A DNA stretch of 64,000 nucleotides from an uncultured Acidobacteriota bacterium (GCA_963700145.1 OY969474.1:3104001-3168000), one strand, 5' to 3'; positions 18,262 through 32,291 are shown, counted from the first letter of the stretch. Program-made: numbers and translations. Notes: a model not told the origin generated them from the sequence alone.

Positions 18262-18351
18262 GTCCCCGAAAGGAGGCAAGGCATGTGCCAGAAGGGCGCG
18301 GGGCGGCCCGCGGAAACCTCTGATGGTACGTCTCTTGCTGCCTCTGGAGCC

Positions 18352-19239
18352 GTGACCGAGCCCGCCACAGCACCCGCCACTGCACCCGCCAGTGCTCCAG
18401 ACACCGAGCTGTCGCCGGAGACCCGGGACTGCTACCGGCGCGCCCTCGAGACCCTCGAGAAGGCGGGGGTGCCGTTCCTCGTCGGCGGCGCCTACGCCTT
18501 CGGCTCCTACACCGGCATCGTCCGCCACACCAAGGACTTCGACGTCTTCCTCCGCGAGGAGGACCTGCCGCGCGCGCTCGGGGCACTGCGCCGCGCCGGC
18601 TACGCGGTCGGGGTCCACTCCCCGCACTGGCTGGGGAAGGCGTACTGCGGCGACGACTTCATCGATCTGATCTTTTCGGCCGGCAACGGCATCGCGCGCG
18701 TCGACGACCTCTGGTTCGAGCACGCCGTCCCCAGCGAGGTGATGGGGGTGCCGGTCCGGCTCTGCCCCGCCGAGGAGATGATCTGGTCGAAGGCCTTCGT
18801 CATGGAGCGCGAGCGCTACGACGGCGCCGACGTCGCCCACCTGCTGCGCGCCATGGCCGAAAAGCTCGACTGGGAGCGGCTCCTCGCCCGCTTCGGCGAG
18901 AACTGGCGCGTGCTCCTCGCCCACCTCGCGCTCTTCGGCTTCGTCTACCCCGGCGAGCGGCACCGCGTCCCGGCCGCGGTGATGCGGCGGCTCACCGACG
19001 CCCTGGGCGCGGAGCTGGACGCGCCAGCGTCCGGCGAGCGGGTCTGCCGCGGGACGCTGCTGTCGCGCGAGCAGTACCTGCCGGACGTCGAGCGCTGGGG
19101 CTACCGCGACGCCCGGCTGGCGCCGAGCGGCACGATGACCGAGGAGCAGATCGACCTCTGGACGGCGCGCATCGAGGAGGACGGCGCCCAGGCCACCGCG
19201 GCGGCCGTCGTCAGCGCAGGAAGTCCACCCGATCGGTGA
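18352..19239 (+). CDS. nucleotidyltransferase family protein
   Basis: FLVGGAYAF...TKDFDVF motif. Confidence 0.85.
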   Translation: MTEPATAPATAPASAPDTELSPETRDCYRRALETLEKAGVPFLVGGAYAFGSYTGIVRHTKDFDVFLREEDLPRALGALRRAGYAVGVHSPHWLGKAYCGDDFIDLIFSAGNGIARVDDLWFEHAVPSEVMGVPVRLCPAEEMIWSKAFVMERERYDGADVAHLLRAMAEKLDWERLLARFGENWRVLLAHLALFGFVYPGERHRVPAAVMRRLTDALGAELDAPASGERVCRGTLLSREQYLPDVERWGYRDARLAPSGTMTEEQIDLWTARIEEDGAQATAAAVVSAGSPPDR

Positions 19240-19861
19240 TGACGCCGGTCACCCCGAGGGCGGTGCAGCGCCGGTGCTCCTCGGGGGTCTTCATCGCGTA
19301 GACGAAGCTGCGGAAGCCGAGCGCGGCGGCCTGGTCGAGGAGCGCCGGATCGAGCGTCTCGTAGTGCCAGACCGCGGTGCGGATGCGGCCGTCGCGCGGG
19401 AAGAGCCCGGCGAAGGCGTCGAAGCTCGCCGGGCGGGCGGCGACGAGGAGGCCGCACTCGACCTCGGGCAGGTGGGCGAAGCGCTCGACCAGCGGGTGCC
19501 AGAAGGAGGTCACCAGGAAGCGGTGAGTGGCGAGCCGCGCCGCGACCGCCGCCGCCACCGCTTCGAGCGCGGCCGGGGCCTTGATCTCCAGGTTCCAGAG
19601 CAGGTGCGGGAAGCGGTCGAGGGCTTCGTCGAGCGCCGGCACGGCGTGGCCGGCCGCGGCCGCCAGCTCCGCTCGCGTCAGCTCGGCGACGGCGCGGCCG
19701 TCCGGGAGCAGACGGTCGTGGAAGAGGACGGCCTCGCCGTCCGCGGCCAGGCGCACGTCGGTCTCGATGCCGTCGGCGCCGAGCGCGGCGGCGCGGGCGA
19801 AGGCTTCGAGGGTGTTCTCGGGGCAGTCGGTGTGCTGGCCGCGGTGGGAGAGGACGAGCAA
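19211..19861 (-). CDS. glycerophosphodiester phosphodiesterase
   Basis: SHRG...PENT, IETDV, HD, NLEIK, ITD motifs. Confidence 0.9.
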   Translation of the reverse strand: MLVLSHRGQHTDCPENTLEAFARAAALGADGIETDVRLAADGEAVLFHDRLLPDGRAVAELTRAELAAAAGHAVPALDEALDRFPHLLWNLEIKAPAALEAVAAAVAARLATHRFLVTSFWHPLVERFAHLPEVECGLLVAARPASFDAFAGLFPRDGRIRTAVWHYETLDPALLDQAAALGFRSFVYAMKTPEEHRRCTALGVTGVITDRVDFLR

Positions 19862-19874
19862 GGGGAGGCGGGCG

Positions 19875-21173
19875 CTACGGCCAGATGCCGCGCGACAGCG
19901 CGACCTCGGCCACCCGGCGGATCGCCAGCACGTAGGCGGCGGTGCGCATATCGACGGGGTCGCCTTCGGCCGTCAGCTCCTGCAGCGTGTCGATGACCGC
20001 GTCGGTCGCCCGCTCCATGCGCGCGGCGAGCTTCTCGTTGACCACCTCGAGCGGCCACTGCTCGTGCTCGATGTTCTGCACCCACTCGAAGTAGCTGACG
20101 GTGACGCCGCCGGAGTTGGCGAGGATGTCGGGCACTACGGGGATACCGCGCCCGGCGAGGACGCGGTCCGCCTCCGGCGTCGTCGGGCCGTTGGCCGCCT
20201 CGACGACCAGCTTCGCCCGCACCGCGGCGGCGTTGCCAGCGTGGAGCTGGTTCTCGAGGGCGGCGGGAATCAGGATGTCGCAGGGGACGGTGAGCAGCTC
20301 CGCGTTCGACACCGGCTCCGTGCCGTCGAGCCCGGCGACCGAGCGGGTGCGCGCCTTGTGCGCGATCGCCGCCGCCGGGTCGATCCCCGCCTCGCTGTAG
20401 GCGCCGCCGGTCGAGTCCGAGAGGCCAACGATGCGCGCGCCGGCGGCCGAAAAGAGCTCGGCCGCGATCGCCCCGGCGTTGCCGAAGCCCTGGATCGCCA
20501 CCCTGGCGCCGGCCAGCCGCTCGAGCCCGGGCACCACCCCGCGCGCCAGGACCCGCGAGGTGACGAAGAGCGCCCCCTGCGCCGTCGCCTCGCGCCGCCC
20601 GAGCGAGCCGCCCATCTCGACCGGCTTGCCGGTCACCACCGGCAGGTTGTTCTCGCCGGGGTGCATCATCTGGTAGGTGTCGTAGATCCAGGCCATGGTC
20701 ACGGCGTCGGTGTTGACGTCGGGGGCCGGGATGTCGGTGTGCGGGCCGATGCTCCCCCCCAGCTCGACAATGAAGCGGCGCGTCACCTTGCGCAGCTCGG
20801 TCTGCGACAGGTGCTTGGGGTCGCAGACGATCCCGCCCTTGGCGCCGCCGAAGGGGACGTCGGCGACGGCGCACTTCCAGGTCATCCACGAGGCGAGCGC
20901 CCGCACCTCGTCCTCGGTGACGTCGGGGTGGTAGCGGATCCCGCCCTTGCCCGGACCGCGCACGCGGCTGTGCAGGGCGCGGTAGCCGATGAAGGTCCGC
21001 ACCGAGCCGTCGTCCATCTCGACCGGGAACTCCACCGTCATCACGCGGCTGACGCGGCGGAGGTAGTCGAGCAGGCCGTTGCGCAGCTGCGGCACGAAGC
21101 GCGCCGCGCGATCGAACTGCTGCTGCGCGATGTGGTAGGAGTTGAGGTCCTCTACCGGGGGCGGCTGGCTCAT
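19875..21173 (-). CDS. gdhA: Glu/Leu/Phe/Val (glutamate) dehydrogenase
   Basis: GPGKGGIRY, PFGGAKGG, IPAPDVNT, QGFGNAG, EAANGP, NSGGVTVSYFEW. Confidence 0.93.
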   Translation of the reverse strand: MSQPPPVEDLNSYHIAQQQFDRAARFVPQLRNGLLDYLRRVSRVMTVEFPVEMDDGSVRTFIGYRALHSRVRGPGKGGIRYHPDVTEDEVRALASWMTWKCAVADVPFGGAKGGIVCDPKHLSQTELRKVTRRFIVELGGSIGPHTDIPAPDVNTDAVTMAWIYDTYQMMHPGENNLPVVTGKPVEMGGSLGRREATAQGALFVTSRVLARGVVPGLERLAGARVAIQGFGNAGAIAAELFSAAGARIVGLSDSTGGAYSEAGIDPAAAIAHKARTRSVAGLDGTEPVSNAELLTVPCDILIPAALENQLHAGNAAAVRAKLVVEAANGPTTPEADRVLAGRGIPVVPDILANSGGVTVSYFEWVQNIEHEQWPLEVVNEKLAARMERATDAVIDTLQELTAEGDPVDMRTAAYVLAIRRVAEVALSRGIWP

Positions 21174-21198
21174 GGGCGCGCGGGATGCTACACCACTG

Positions 21199-21651
21199 TC
21201 AGCGCGCCGGGCTTGGCAAGGCCAGCCCCGGGTGCCAGCCGGCGGGGGCCATCTCGAACGCGGCGAACTCGAAGGCCGGGGCCACCGTGCAGCCGGCGAG
21301 CGTCCAGGCGCCGAGCGAGCGCGCGCTCTGCCAGGCGCCGGCCGGCACCGTCGCTTGCGGCAGCTCCCCGGCCGCGAGGTCGTCGCCGAGCCGCAGCGCG
21401 CGCACCTCGCGGCCGTCTTCGGAGACCAGCAGCTCGAGCGGCGCGCCGGCGTAGTGGTGCCAGACCTCGACCGCGTCGTTCACCCGGTGCCAGGCCGAGA
21501 GCTCGCCCGCGCGCAGCAGGTAATAGATGGCGGTGAGGGCGCCGCGGCCGCCGTCGCCGGGGCGGTCGCGGAAGGTCTCGCGGTAGAGGCCCCCTTCCGG
21601 ATGGGGGCGGAGGTCGAGGCGGCGGGCGATCTCCTCGGCGCCGCCGCTCAC
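21199..21651 (-). CDS. cupin_5 (DUF985) protein
   Basis: LRPHPEGGLYRET, TAIYYLL, CTVAPAFEF. Confidence 0.9.
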   Translation of the reverse strand: MSGGAEEIARRLDLRPHPEGGLYRETFRDRPGDGGRGALTAIYYLLRAGELSAWHRVNDAVEVWHHYAGAPLELLVSEDGREVRALRLGDDLAAGELPQATVPAGAWQSARSLGAWTLAGCTVAPAFEFAAFEMAPAGWHPGLALPSPAR

Positions 21652-22403
21652 GGCCGCGGCGAGGCGCCGGGCTCGATCCGGTAGGTCAGCGTGACCGTCG
21701 CCTCGACCGAGACCTGCCCGGGGGAGACCGGCGTCGTGTCCATCTGCGCCGACTCCATCGCCATGCGGACGTTGGCGACGCGCGGGGTGAACATCTGCAC
21801 CCCGCCTTCGGCGACCTCGAGGAGCCCCACGAGCCGCACGCCGAGCGCGTCCGCCAGCGCCTCGGCCTTCTGCTTTCCCGCATTGGCCGCTTGGCGCAGC
21901 GCCTGCTGGCGGGCGGCGAGCGCGCCGCGCAGGCCGAAGTTCACCCCTTCGACCTGGTTGGCGCCGGCCTCGAGCCCGGCGTCCACGACCGGCCCGATCA
22001 GGTCCAGCTTCTCGAGCCGCACCGAGACGACGTTGGTCGCCCGGTAGCCGACGATGCGCGGCTCGGCCGGCACCCCGCGCTCCGGCGGCGGCGTGTCCTG
22101 CGAGTAGACCGGGTAGAGCTGCAGCTCCGAGGTCTGGATCTGCTCGCGCGGCACGCCGAGCTTCCCGATCGCCGCCAGCACCGCGTTGGCGATCCGGTTG
22201 ACCTCCCCCTGCGCCTCGCGCGCCGTCGGCCGCTGCGCCACGACCCCCAGCCGCACCGTCGCCTCGTCCGGCGCCGTCTGCACCTGGCCGGTCCCCTGCA
22301 CCGTTAGCGAGGGGACCGGATGGGGCCCCTCGCCCTCCTCGTGGGCCCACGCCACGGGCGCCAAGCAAACTGCCAGGATCAAACACCACGCCGCTCGTCT
22401 CAT
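21648..22403 (-). CDS. SIMPL (DUF541) periplasmic protein
   Basis: Signal peptide; TVQGTG...PDEA, AGANQV, KAEALADALG. Confidence 0.9.
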   Translation of the reverse strand: MRRAAWCLILAVCLAPVAWAHEEGEGPHPVPSLTVQGTGQVQTAPDEATVRLGVVAQRPTAREAQGEVNRIANAVLAAIGKLGVPREQIQTSELQLYPVYSQDTPPPERGVPAEPRIVGYRATNVVSVRLEKLDLIGPVVDAGLEAGANQVEGVNFGLRGALAARQQALRQAANAGKQKAEALADALGVRLVGLLEVAEGGVQMFTPRVANVRMAMESAQMDTTPVSPGQVSVEATVTLTYRIEPGASPRP

Positions 22404-22472
22404 CGCCGACCCTCCCTAGGTTCGTCCCGGAAAGGCTAGCAAAGGGCGGGCCGGGCGGGCGCGAACGGTCAG

Positions 22473-22697
22473 CTAGGGTGACGGCGGAATGATGCCACCG
22501 CCTTCAACGCCATCCGGCGGTACCGGGATGTTGCCACCCAAGCCACCTTCGGGAGGCGGCGGCCCCACTGGAATGGTCCCGCCGGTGCCGCCCCCCTCCC
22601 TCTCCCAAGTTGCCTGCATGGGGCCTCCACCTCTGGTCATCCCAAAACCGACCAACCCTGCCAGGAGAAACAGGAGAACAAAATCTCTTAACCTCAC
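22473..22697 (-). CDS. small secreted Gly/Pro-rich peptide with three GG-x-I-P-like repeats
   Basis: AAAGGAGGAG RBS; hydrophobic N-terminus; GGTIPVGPPPP, GGNIPVPP, GGIIPPSP. Confidence 0.7.
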   Translation of the reverse strand: MRLRDFVLLFLLAGLVGFGMTRGGGPMQATWEREGGGTGGTIPVGPPPPEGGLGGNIPVPPDGVEGGGIIPPSP

Positions 22698-22739
22698 TGC
22701 GCTCCTCCTTTCATTCGGCGCTGCACGCTAGGGCACCCA

Positions 22740-23060
22740 CTATTGAAGCGGCGGCCGGTCCTCGGGAGGAGGAGGCGGCGGCGGCGGCTTGGGCGGTACG
22801 CCGACCTCTCCGCCAATACCTCCGGTTTGCTTCACGAGCAGGCTTATCGCGATGAAAACAGCGCTCAGACCGCAAAAAATGAGCAGGACGCTGTCATAGC
22901 CGAGCAACCCGGCGATCACGCCCGCGATCGCGGCGACCAGAGCGAGGATCTGGAACGTCGCGGGGGGAGGTGACGGCCTGGGCGGTACGCCGACCTCGCC
23001 GCCTATGCCTCCGGATTGCGTTCTTGGACCGATTCGGCTGTCTCCTTCTCGTTCCGGCAT
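22740..23060 (-). CDS. small two-TM protein flanked by a duplicated GGIGGEVGVPP motif
   Basis: AAAAGGAGG RBS; two hydrophobic helices; 40-bp direct repeat at 22791-22830 and 22980-23019. Confidence 0.75.
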   Translation of the reverse strand: MPEREGDSRIGPRTQSGGIGGEVGVPPRPSPPPATFQILALVAAIAGVIAGLLGYDSVLLIFCGLSAVFIAISLLVKQTGGIGGEVGVPPKPPPPPPPPEDRPPLQ

Positions 23061-23127
23061 GCCATCCCTCCTTTTGAGTTCACGGCAGAACGGGCGGCGC
23101 CGCCCGTCGATGTGTTACAGGCGCAGG

Positions 23128-26100
23128 TCATCCTGCTTCGCCGAGCAGGACGAACGGCGCCCAGTAGTAAGGATGCGCTCGTTCCTCTCGTCCGAGAACG
23201 CTAAGCTTGGCGGCGCGCAACGCCTCGCCCACACCGGCGCCCTGCTGCAGGCGACGATAGAACTCGATCATGAGATCGGCGGTCGAAGCGTCTTCCACCG
23301 ACCAGAGGCTTACCACGAGACTGGGGGTGCCTGCGTAGAGGAAGGCCCTCGCGAAGCCGATCAGCCCCTCTCCGGCCACCGCTCTGCCCAAACCACTTTC
23401 ACAAGCCGACAGCACGATCAGCTCCGCGTCGAGCTCGAGATTGAAGATCTCATAGACTTGCAACAGCCCATCCTCGGCAGAATTTTCGGAGCGTGCCAAA
23501 ACCAGGCCGGACAGCTCCGGTCGCACGTCGCTCAAGAACGCGTGCGTCGCAAAGTGAATGCGGCGAGCGGTCGAAAGCGACCGGTCCTGTTTCACGTGGT
23601 CTTCGGTCGCTTCCGGGCCGAGGAAAAGATCGACCTCGCTGGATGCGAAGAGCTGTGCGATGGCCTCGACCTCTCGGCGGCTCTCCGGCAAATCGGCGAG
23701 ATACGTTGCCGCGCCCAGCATTGGAACCTTCGCCGTCCGGCTAGCGACCGGATCGGCAAAAGCGACCAGACTCTTCGCCGCAGTCGACTCTTGGTTGGCG
23801 GCGTGCCCTGCCTCTGCCTGGAGACTGAGCAGAACGCTGGCCGAGGGGGCGTAAGAGACCATATGGGTCCGCAGGAGATACGGCGGGGCCGCAGTGCCTT
23901 CTATCCGGCTTGGCTCCGTCGAGACGAGAGCCTCGAAGGGAACCAGGTGGAGAACACCATCAGCTACAATCACGAGTTTGGGGCGCTTATTCAGAATGCC
24001 GGCGGCAGGTGCAAGGAGGAGTTGATACAATCGATGCGCCGACAAAAGGTACGGACCGAACAGTCGGCGCTCGGGAGACACCAGAGTCTGGCGTAGTCGC
24101 TCCACTTCCTCGGTGATCTCCCGAGCCGGGGGAAGCCGGTAAGTCTCGAATTCTCCCTTTGTCAGCACGAAAAGATAAGAGGCGTCGTGCCCAAGGGCGT
24201 ACTCCAGCAGAGCGACATCCGACTCCAGCGATGCTTGGACTTGTGCGAGCGTCGCGATGGGAGGATAGCGGACCTCCGCGTAACGCGGGTGCTTGAGACG
24301 GATGTCAGACTCCATTTCCTTCAGCTCGTCGAGTGCAGATTTCAGCTCGCGCCTGAGCTCGGCGGTCTCATCCGTCTCGGCATTCAGCCTCGATAGCAGG
24401 TCGACGAGGCGCGACTGCGTCGAAGAGATCTTCGCCGCGAGCTGCCGTTCGCGTTCCTTGAGCTCGGGCGCGACACCTCGTCGGACATCGATTCTGCCCT
24501 CAGCCAGAAGCTCCAAGAGGCTGCGCGCTCGCGCTCTCTCGCTGGTATCGAAGGCCTGCTCCGCAAAACCTCGCGCGGACGGCTTGCTCCCAAGCCGCAT
24601 CAGCAGATCGATGTAGGCGTCGTAGTACTCCCGGCGCGCAGCGAAGTAGGTAGCCCTTAAGTCACGGCTCAGGACCTGTTGCCGGCCCGACTCAATGATG
24701 GCGAGCGCTTCTTCCAGCCGCGGACGTGCGTCTTCCAGGCGGCCGCCTTCGCGGTCGAGCCCCGCCCAGTGGAGAAGGATGCTTGCCTGGAGGATTGAGT
24801 TCTCGGCGCGCCGAGCTAGCTCAAGTGACTTCTCGAGATTCTCCACGGGACCGTCGAGTCCGAGCCTGTGCTGGACCATCCCGAGGTCGAGAAGTGCGCT
24901 GGCTTCCTCAACACGGTTTCCCGCTTCGCGCCGCAGCGCAACGCACTCCTGTAGGCTGGCAAGTGCGGCATTTAGATCACCAAGGGCGAGCTGTGCGATG
25001 CCCGTACGGTGCAACGCCATCCCTTCCACCCGCCGGTTACCGATCTCCCGGCTGATTGACAAGGCCTGCTGGTGGTGATTCAGGGCCGCCTGTGGCTGAT
25101 CAGAAAGCGATTCGACCCAGCCGAGACTGGTAAGCGCCCGCGCTTCAAAGTCTCGATTACCGCCTGCCCTATAGAGCTCTAAGACCTTCCGATACTCGTC
25201 TGCAGCGCGCTCGAGCTCTCCGAGATCGCGGTGTAGGCCGGCCAAGGCCTCCCTAACGTTACCCAAGCTCGTTGAATCGCCGACCGCCTCCCACTGAGCG
25301 ATAGCCTCACCATAGAGGCGAAGGGCTTGCTCGAACTCTCCGCGCGTACGATGGGCAAGAGCGAGGTTACCCGTTATGTACGCTTCGCTCTCAAGACTTC
25401 CAGCTGCCCTGCTAAGCGTCAGAGCTCGATACAAGCGATCCAGTGCAAGTCGCGTTTCACCGAGGTACAGCAGATCCAGGACACCCAGGCTGTTAAGCGT
25501 GTAGGCCTCGCCTTCGAGCTCGCCGGCGACGTGCCAGAGCGGTAGGGCCTCCTCGAACATCTCGAGAGCGCGTCGCGGCTCCCCGCGCTGATTGTGAAAA
25601 AGGCCCAGGTTGTGGAGCGTTGTCGCCGCCTCGGCGGTGTTGGACGTCTCACGCCAGATCGCCAGTGCTCGATGGTAATGGTCGAGCGTCTTGTCGGGCT
25701 CACCCAGGCGGGAGTAGGCGAGCCCGAGATTGTTCAAGGCCTCCCCTTCACCCTGCCGGTGGCCGGCGGCCTTCGCCAGCGCCTCGGCTCGCTCGAATCG
25801 AGCGATCGCCTCGTGCTCGTTTCCCTGCGAGTGCAGCACGAGACCTGCTTCGTTCAGGCATTCCGTCTGACCTACTTTGTCGCCCAGCTGCTCCCACAAG
25901 GCTAAGCTCTCGTCGAACCTGGAGATGGCTTGCTGCTTTGACTGCGAAGTACTTAGCGACTGGAGGTGATAGGCCTCGCTGAACAGTTGCTCGGCTCTAA
26001 CGCGAATCTCGTCGGTGGGCAGCGCAGGACGGCGTGCTTCGAGATTCACGGCGTAGCTACGGTTGTCACCCTCGTCTTTCCTCTCCACGATCAGCCGGAA

Positions 26101-26457
26101 TCGTCCGCTTCTCTGGGCTACCAGCGTCAGCAGCTCGCGCTGTTTGGAGCCGCCGGGACCATCTGCAGTGGCGAGGAGGTCACCGTCGGGCGCAAGCAGG
26201 GTGAGCGCCAAGTCCATGGCGCGCGGTTCCGCACGGATACGCAGGTAGGAGCCGGCCGGCGTCTCTACGCGGTAGGCGTGCTTTTCCCCCGGTGCGAGCT
26301 CCCGCTGGACCGGCTCTCCCAGTCGCAACTCAGGCTCGACAGCGGCGGCCGGGGAGCCCGGCGGCGCACCCGAATGGGTGGCGCAGGCGGCGGCGAGGGC
26401 GAGGAGGAGCGCCGAGAGGGGTTTGGAGACGCGGCCTTGGGCGCGTGAGACCTTCAC
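23128..26457 (-). CDS. lipoprotein with PPC-like domain, TPR repeats and C-terminal CHAT (caspase-like) protease
   Basis: Lipobox LAAAC after GTG at 26457; many TPRs; IHFATHA (His), LSACESG (Cys), SLWSV, HPYYWAPF. Confidence 0.92.
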   Translation of the reverse strand: MKVSRAQGRVSKPLSALLLALAAACATHSGAPPGSPAAAVEPELRLGEPVQRELAPGEKHAYRVETPAGSYLRIRAEPRAMDLALTLLAPDGDLLATADGPGGSKQRELLTLVAQRSGRFRLIVERKDEGDNRSYAVNLEARRPALPTDEIRVRAEQLFSEAYHLQSLSTSQSKQQAISRFDESLALWEQLGDKVGQTECLNEAGLVLHSQGNEHEAIARFERAEALAKAAGHRQGEGEALNNLGLAYSRLGEPDKTLDHYHRALAIWRETSNTAEAATTLHNLGLFHNQRGEPRRALEMFEEALPLWHVAGELEGEAYTLNSLGVLDLLYLGETRLALDRLYRALTLSRAAGSLESEAYITGNLALAHRTRGEFEQALRLYGEAIAQWEAVGDSTSLGNVREALAGLHRDLGELERAADEYRKVLELYRAGGNRDFEARALTSLGWVESLSDQPQAALNHHQQALSISREIGNRRVEGMALHRTGIAQLALGDLNAALASLQECVALRREAGNRVEEASALLDLGMVQHRLGLDGPVENLEKSLELARRAENSILQASILLHWAGLDREGGRLEDARPRLEEALAIIESGRQQVLSRDLRATYFAARREYYDAYIDLLMRLGSKPSARGFAEQAFDTSERARARSLLELLAEGRIDVRRGVAPELKERERQLAAKISSTQSRLVDLLSRLNAETDETAELRRELKSALDELKEMESDIRLKHPRYAEVRYPPIATLAQVQASLESDVALLEYALGHDASYLFVLTKGEFETYRLPPAREITEEVERLRQTLVSPERRLFGPYLLSAHRLYQLLLAPAAGILNKRPKLVIVADGVLHLVPFEALVSTEPSRIEGTAAPPYLLRTHMVSYAPSASVLLSLQAEAGHAANQESTAAKSLVAFADPVASRTAKVPMLGAATYLADLPESRREVEAIAQLFASSEVDLFLGPEATEDHVKQDRSLSTARRIHFATHAFLSDVRPELSGLVLARSENSAEDGLLQVYEIFNLELDAELIVLSACESGLGRAVAGEGLIGFARAFLYAGTPSLVVSLWSVEDASTADLMIEFYRRLQQGAGVGEALRAAKLSVLGREERAHPYYWAPFVLLGEAG

Positions 26458-26507
26458 AGAAGTTTCCCGCGAATCTGTAAGGCAGTCTATCGCATAGACT
26501 TCTGTCA

Positions 26508-27113
26508 ATGCGCCCAGACGACGCGGCGGTGGTGACCGGGTTCTTGAGCGGCGACCCGGCGGCGGTGGCGACCGTCGACGGGTGGATCGCGCGGGCCGCC
26601 TGGCCGTTCCAACGGCGGCTCGGCCACCGCTGGGACGACGTCCTCCAGGACGTGCGCGTCGAGGTCACCCGGCTCTTCCAGCGCCAGGAGTTCCGCGGCG
26701 GCTCGAGCCTCAAGACCTACCTCTGGCGGGTGGTCAACCACACCTGCCTGGACCAGGTCCGCGGCCAGGGGCGCTGGCAGTGGGCCGACCTCGACGTGCT
26801 CGACCGGGGGGAGGAGGAGCTGCCGGCCGCCCAGCGGCGCCCCTCGCTCCAGTCGCAGGAGGAGTCGCGCGACCTGCTGCTGCGGGTCTGGGGGCGGATG
26901 CCCGTCGACTGCCGCGAGCTCTGGGGGATGATCGCCGCCGGCCTCTCCTACCGCGAGATGAGCGGGCGCAAGGGGGTGGCGGAGGGGACGCTGCGGGTGC
27001 GGGTGCTGCGCTGCCGGGAGAAGGCGGCGGCCCTGCGCGAGGAGCTGCGCGCCTGGCGTAACACAAGCGACAGAACTTCGCCTAAGACTGCTGGAAAGAG
27101 CGAACCCGAATGA
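26508..27113 (+). CDS. ECF sigma-70 factor
   Basis: DDVLQDV, FRGGSSLKTYLWRV, GLSYREMS...EGTLRVRVLRC. Confidence 0.88.
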   Translation: MRPDDAAVVTGFLSGDPAAVATVDGWIARAAWPFQRRLGHRWDDVLQDVRVEVTRLFQRQEFRGGSSLKTYLWRVVNHTCLDQVRGQGRWQWADLDVLDRGEEELPAAQRRPSLQSQEESRDLLLRVWGRMPVDCRELWGMIAAGLSYREMSGRKGVAEGTLRVRVLRCREKAAALREELRAWRNTSDRTSPKTAGKSEPE

Positions 27114-28144
27114 CCTGCGAACACGCCACCGAGCTGCTCCCCTGGCTCCTCAACGGCACCCTGGAGCCGGCAGAACGGCAGGAGGTGTTGGAGCACGTCC
27201 GCAAGTGCGAGGCCTGCCGGCGCGCCCTCGACGAGGCGCGGCTGGCCCTCGCCGCGGCCGGCGCCCACCTGCCGGCGGAGGCCCTGGTGGCGGCCGCCTT
27301 CGGCGAGCCGATGCCGCCGGGGATCGATGCCGCTCTGGTCGAGGAGCACCTCGCCGCCTGCCCGCAGTGCGCGGCGGACCTCGAGCTGGCGCGGACGAGC
27401 CACGCCCTGGCCGACGAGGAGGTCCTCCTCTTCCCGCGCACCGCGCCCCCGGCCGCGGTCCCGGCGCGGCAGGCCGCCCCCGCCGGCCGCTGGCGGGCCG
27501 CGGCGCTGGCCGCCGGGCTCGCGGCCGTGCTCTTCGCCGGCGGCTGGCTCACCAACCGCCAGGCGCTCGACCGGATGGAGGAGCGGCTGGCCGGCCGCAC
27601 CGCGCCGCCGGCCCCGGCCGCGCCGGGAGGCGGCCCGGAGGAAGACCGCACCGCCGGGCTGGCCGAAGAGAACCGTCGCCTGCGCGACGAGGCCGCCGCC
27701 CGCGCGGCGGGGGAGCAGGCCGCGCGCGAAGAGGCCGATGGCCTCCGCCAGGAGCTCGCCCGGCGCGAGGCGCCTGCGGGCGGCGGCGCCGCCCCGCAGC
27801 TCAACCCGGTGATCGCCGACCTCTTCCCGCCCGGCGGGGACGTGGTGCGCGGCGGCGGCGAGACCGGCACCACGATCGAGCTGCCGGCGGGCGCCGGCGG
27901 CGCGACGCTCATCCTCAACACCCGCGGGCCCTCCGCCTTCCGCGAGCACGCCGTCGAGCTGCGCGACGCCGCCGGCAAGCCGGTGTGGAGCGCGCGCGGC
28001 CTCGTGACACAGCCGGACGAGGGACCTTTCCACCTCCACCTGCCCCGCCAGGTGCTCGCCCCCGGCACTTACACGCTCGAGGTCTTCGGCCTCGACGGCG
28101 CGCGGCGCGAGAAGGTGCAGACCTACAGGTTCACGATCCGCTAG
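27110..28144 (+). CDS. anti-sigma factor with two zf-HC2 motifs, TM, coiled coil and beta-rich C-terminus
   Basis: HVRKCEAC and HLAACPQC; ATGA-coupled to the sigma gene. Confidence 0.88.
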   Translation: MTCEHATELLPWLLNGTLEPAERQEVLEHVRKCEACRRALDEARLALAAAGAHLPAEALVAAAFGEPMPPGIDAALVEEHLAACPQCAADLELARTSHALADEEVLLFPRTAPPAAVPARQAAPAGRWRAAALAAGLAAVLFAGGWLTNRQALDRMEERLAGRTAPPAPAAPGGGPEEDRTAGLAEENRRLRDEAAARAAGEQAAREEADGLRQELARREAPAGGGAAPQLNPVIADLFPPGGDVVRGGGETGTTIELPAGAGGATLILNTRGPSAFREHAVELRDAAGKPVWSARGLVTQPDEGPFHLHLPRQVLAPGTYTLEVFGLDGARREKVQTYRFTIR

Positions 28145-28167
28145 CGCCCGGCCTACGTGCCGGGCTT

Positions 28168-32233
<4,066 letters not shown>

Positions 32234-32291
32234 GACGCGAGCCTTCCACCGGGGCGGCTGAGATCCTTCGGAGCTCAGCCGCCCTGTTTTT

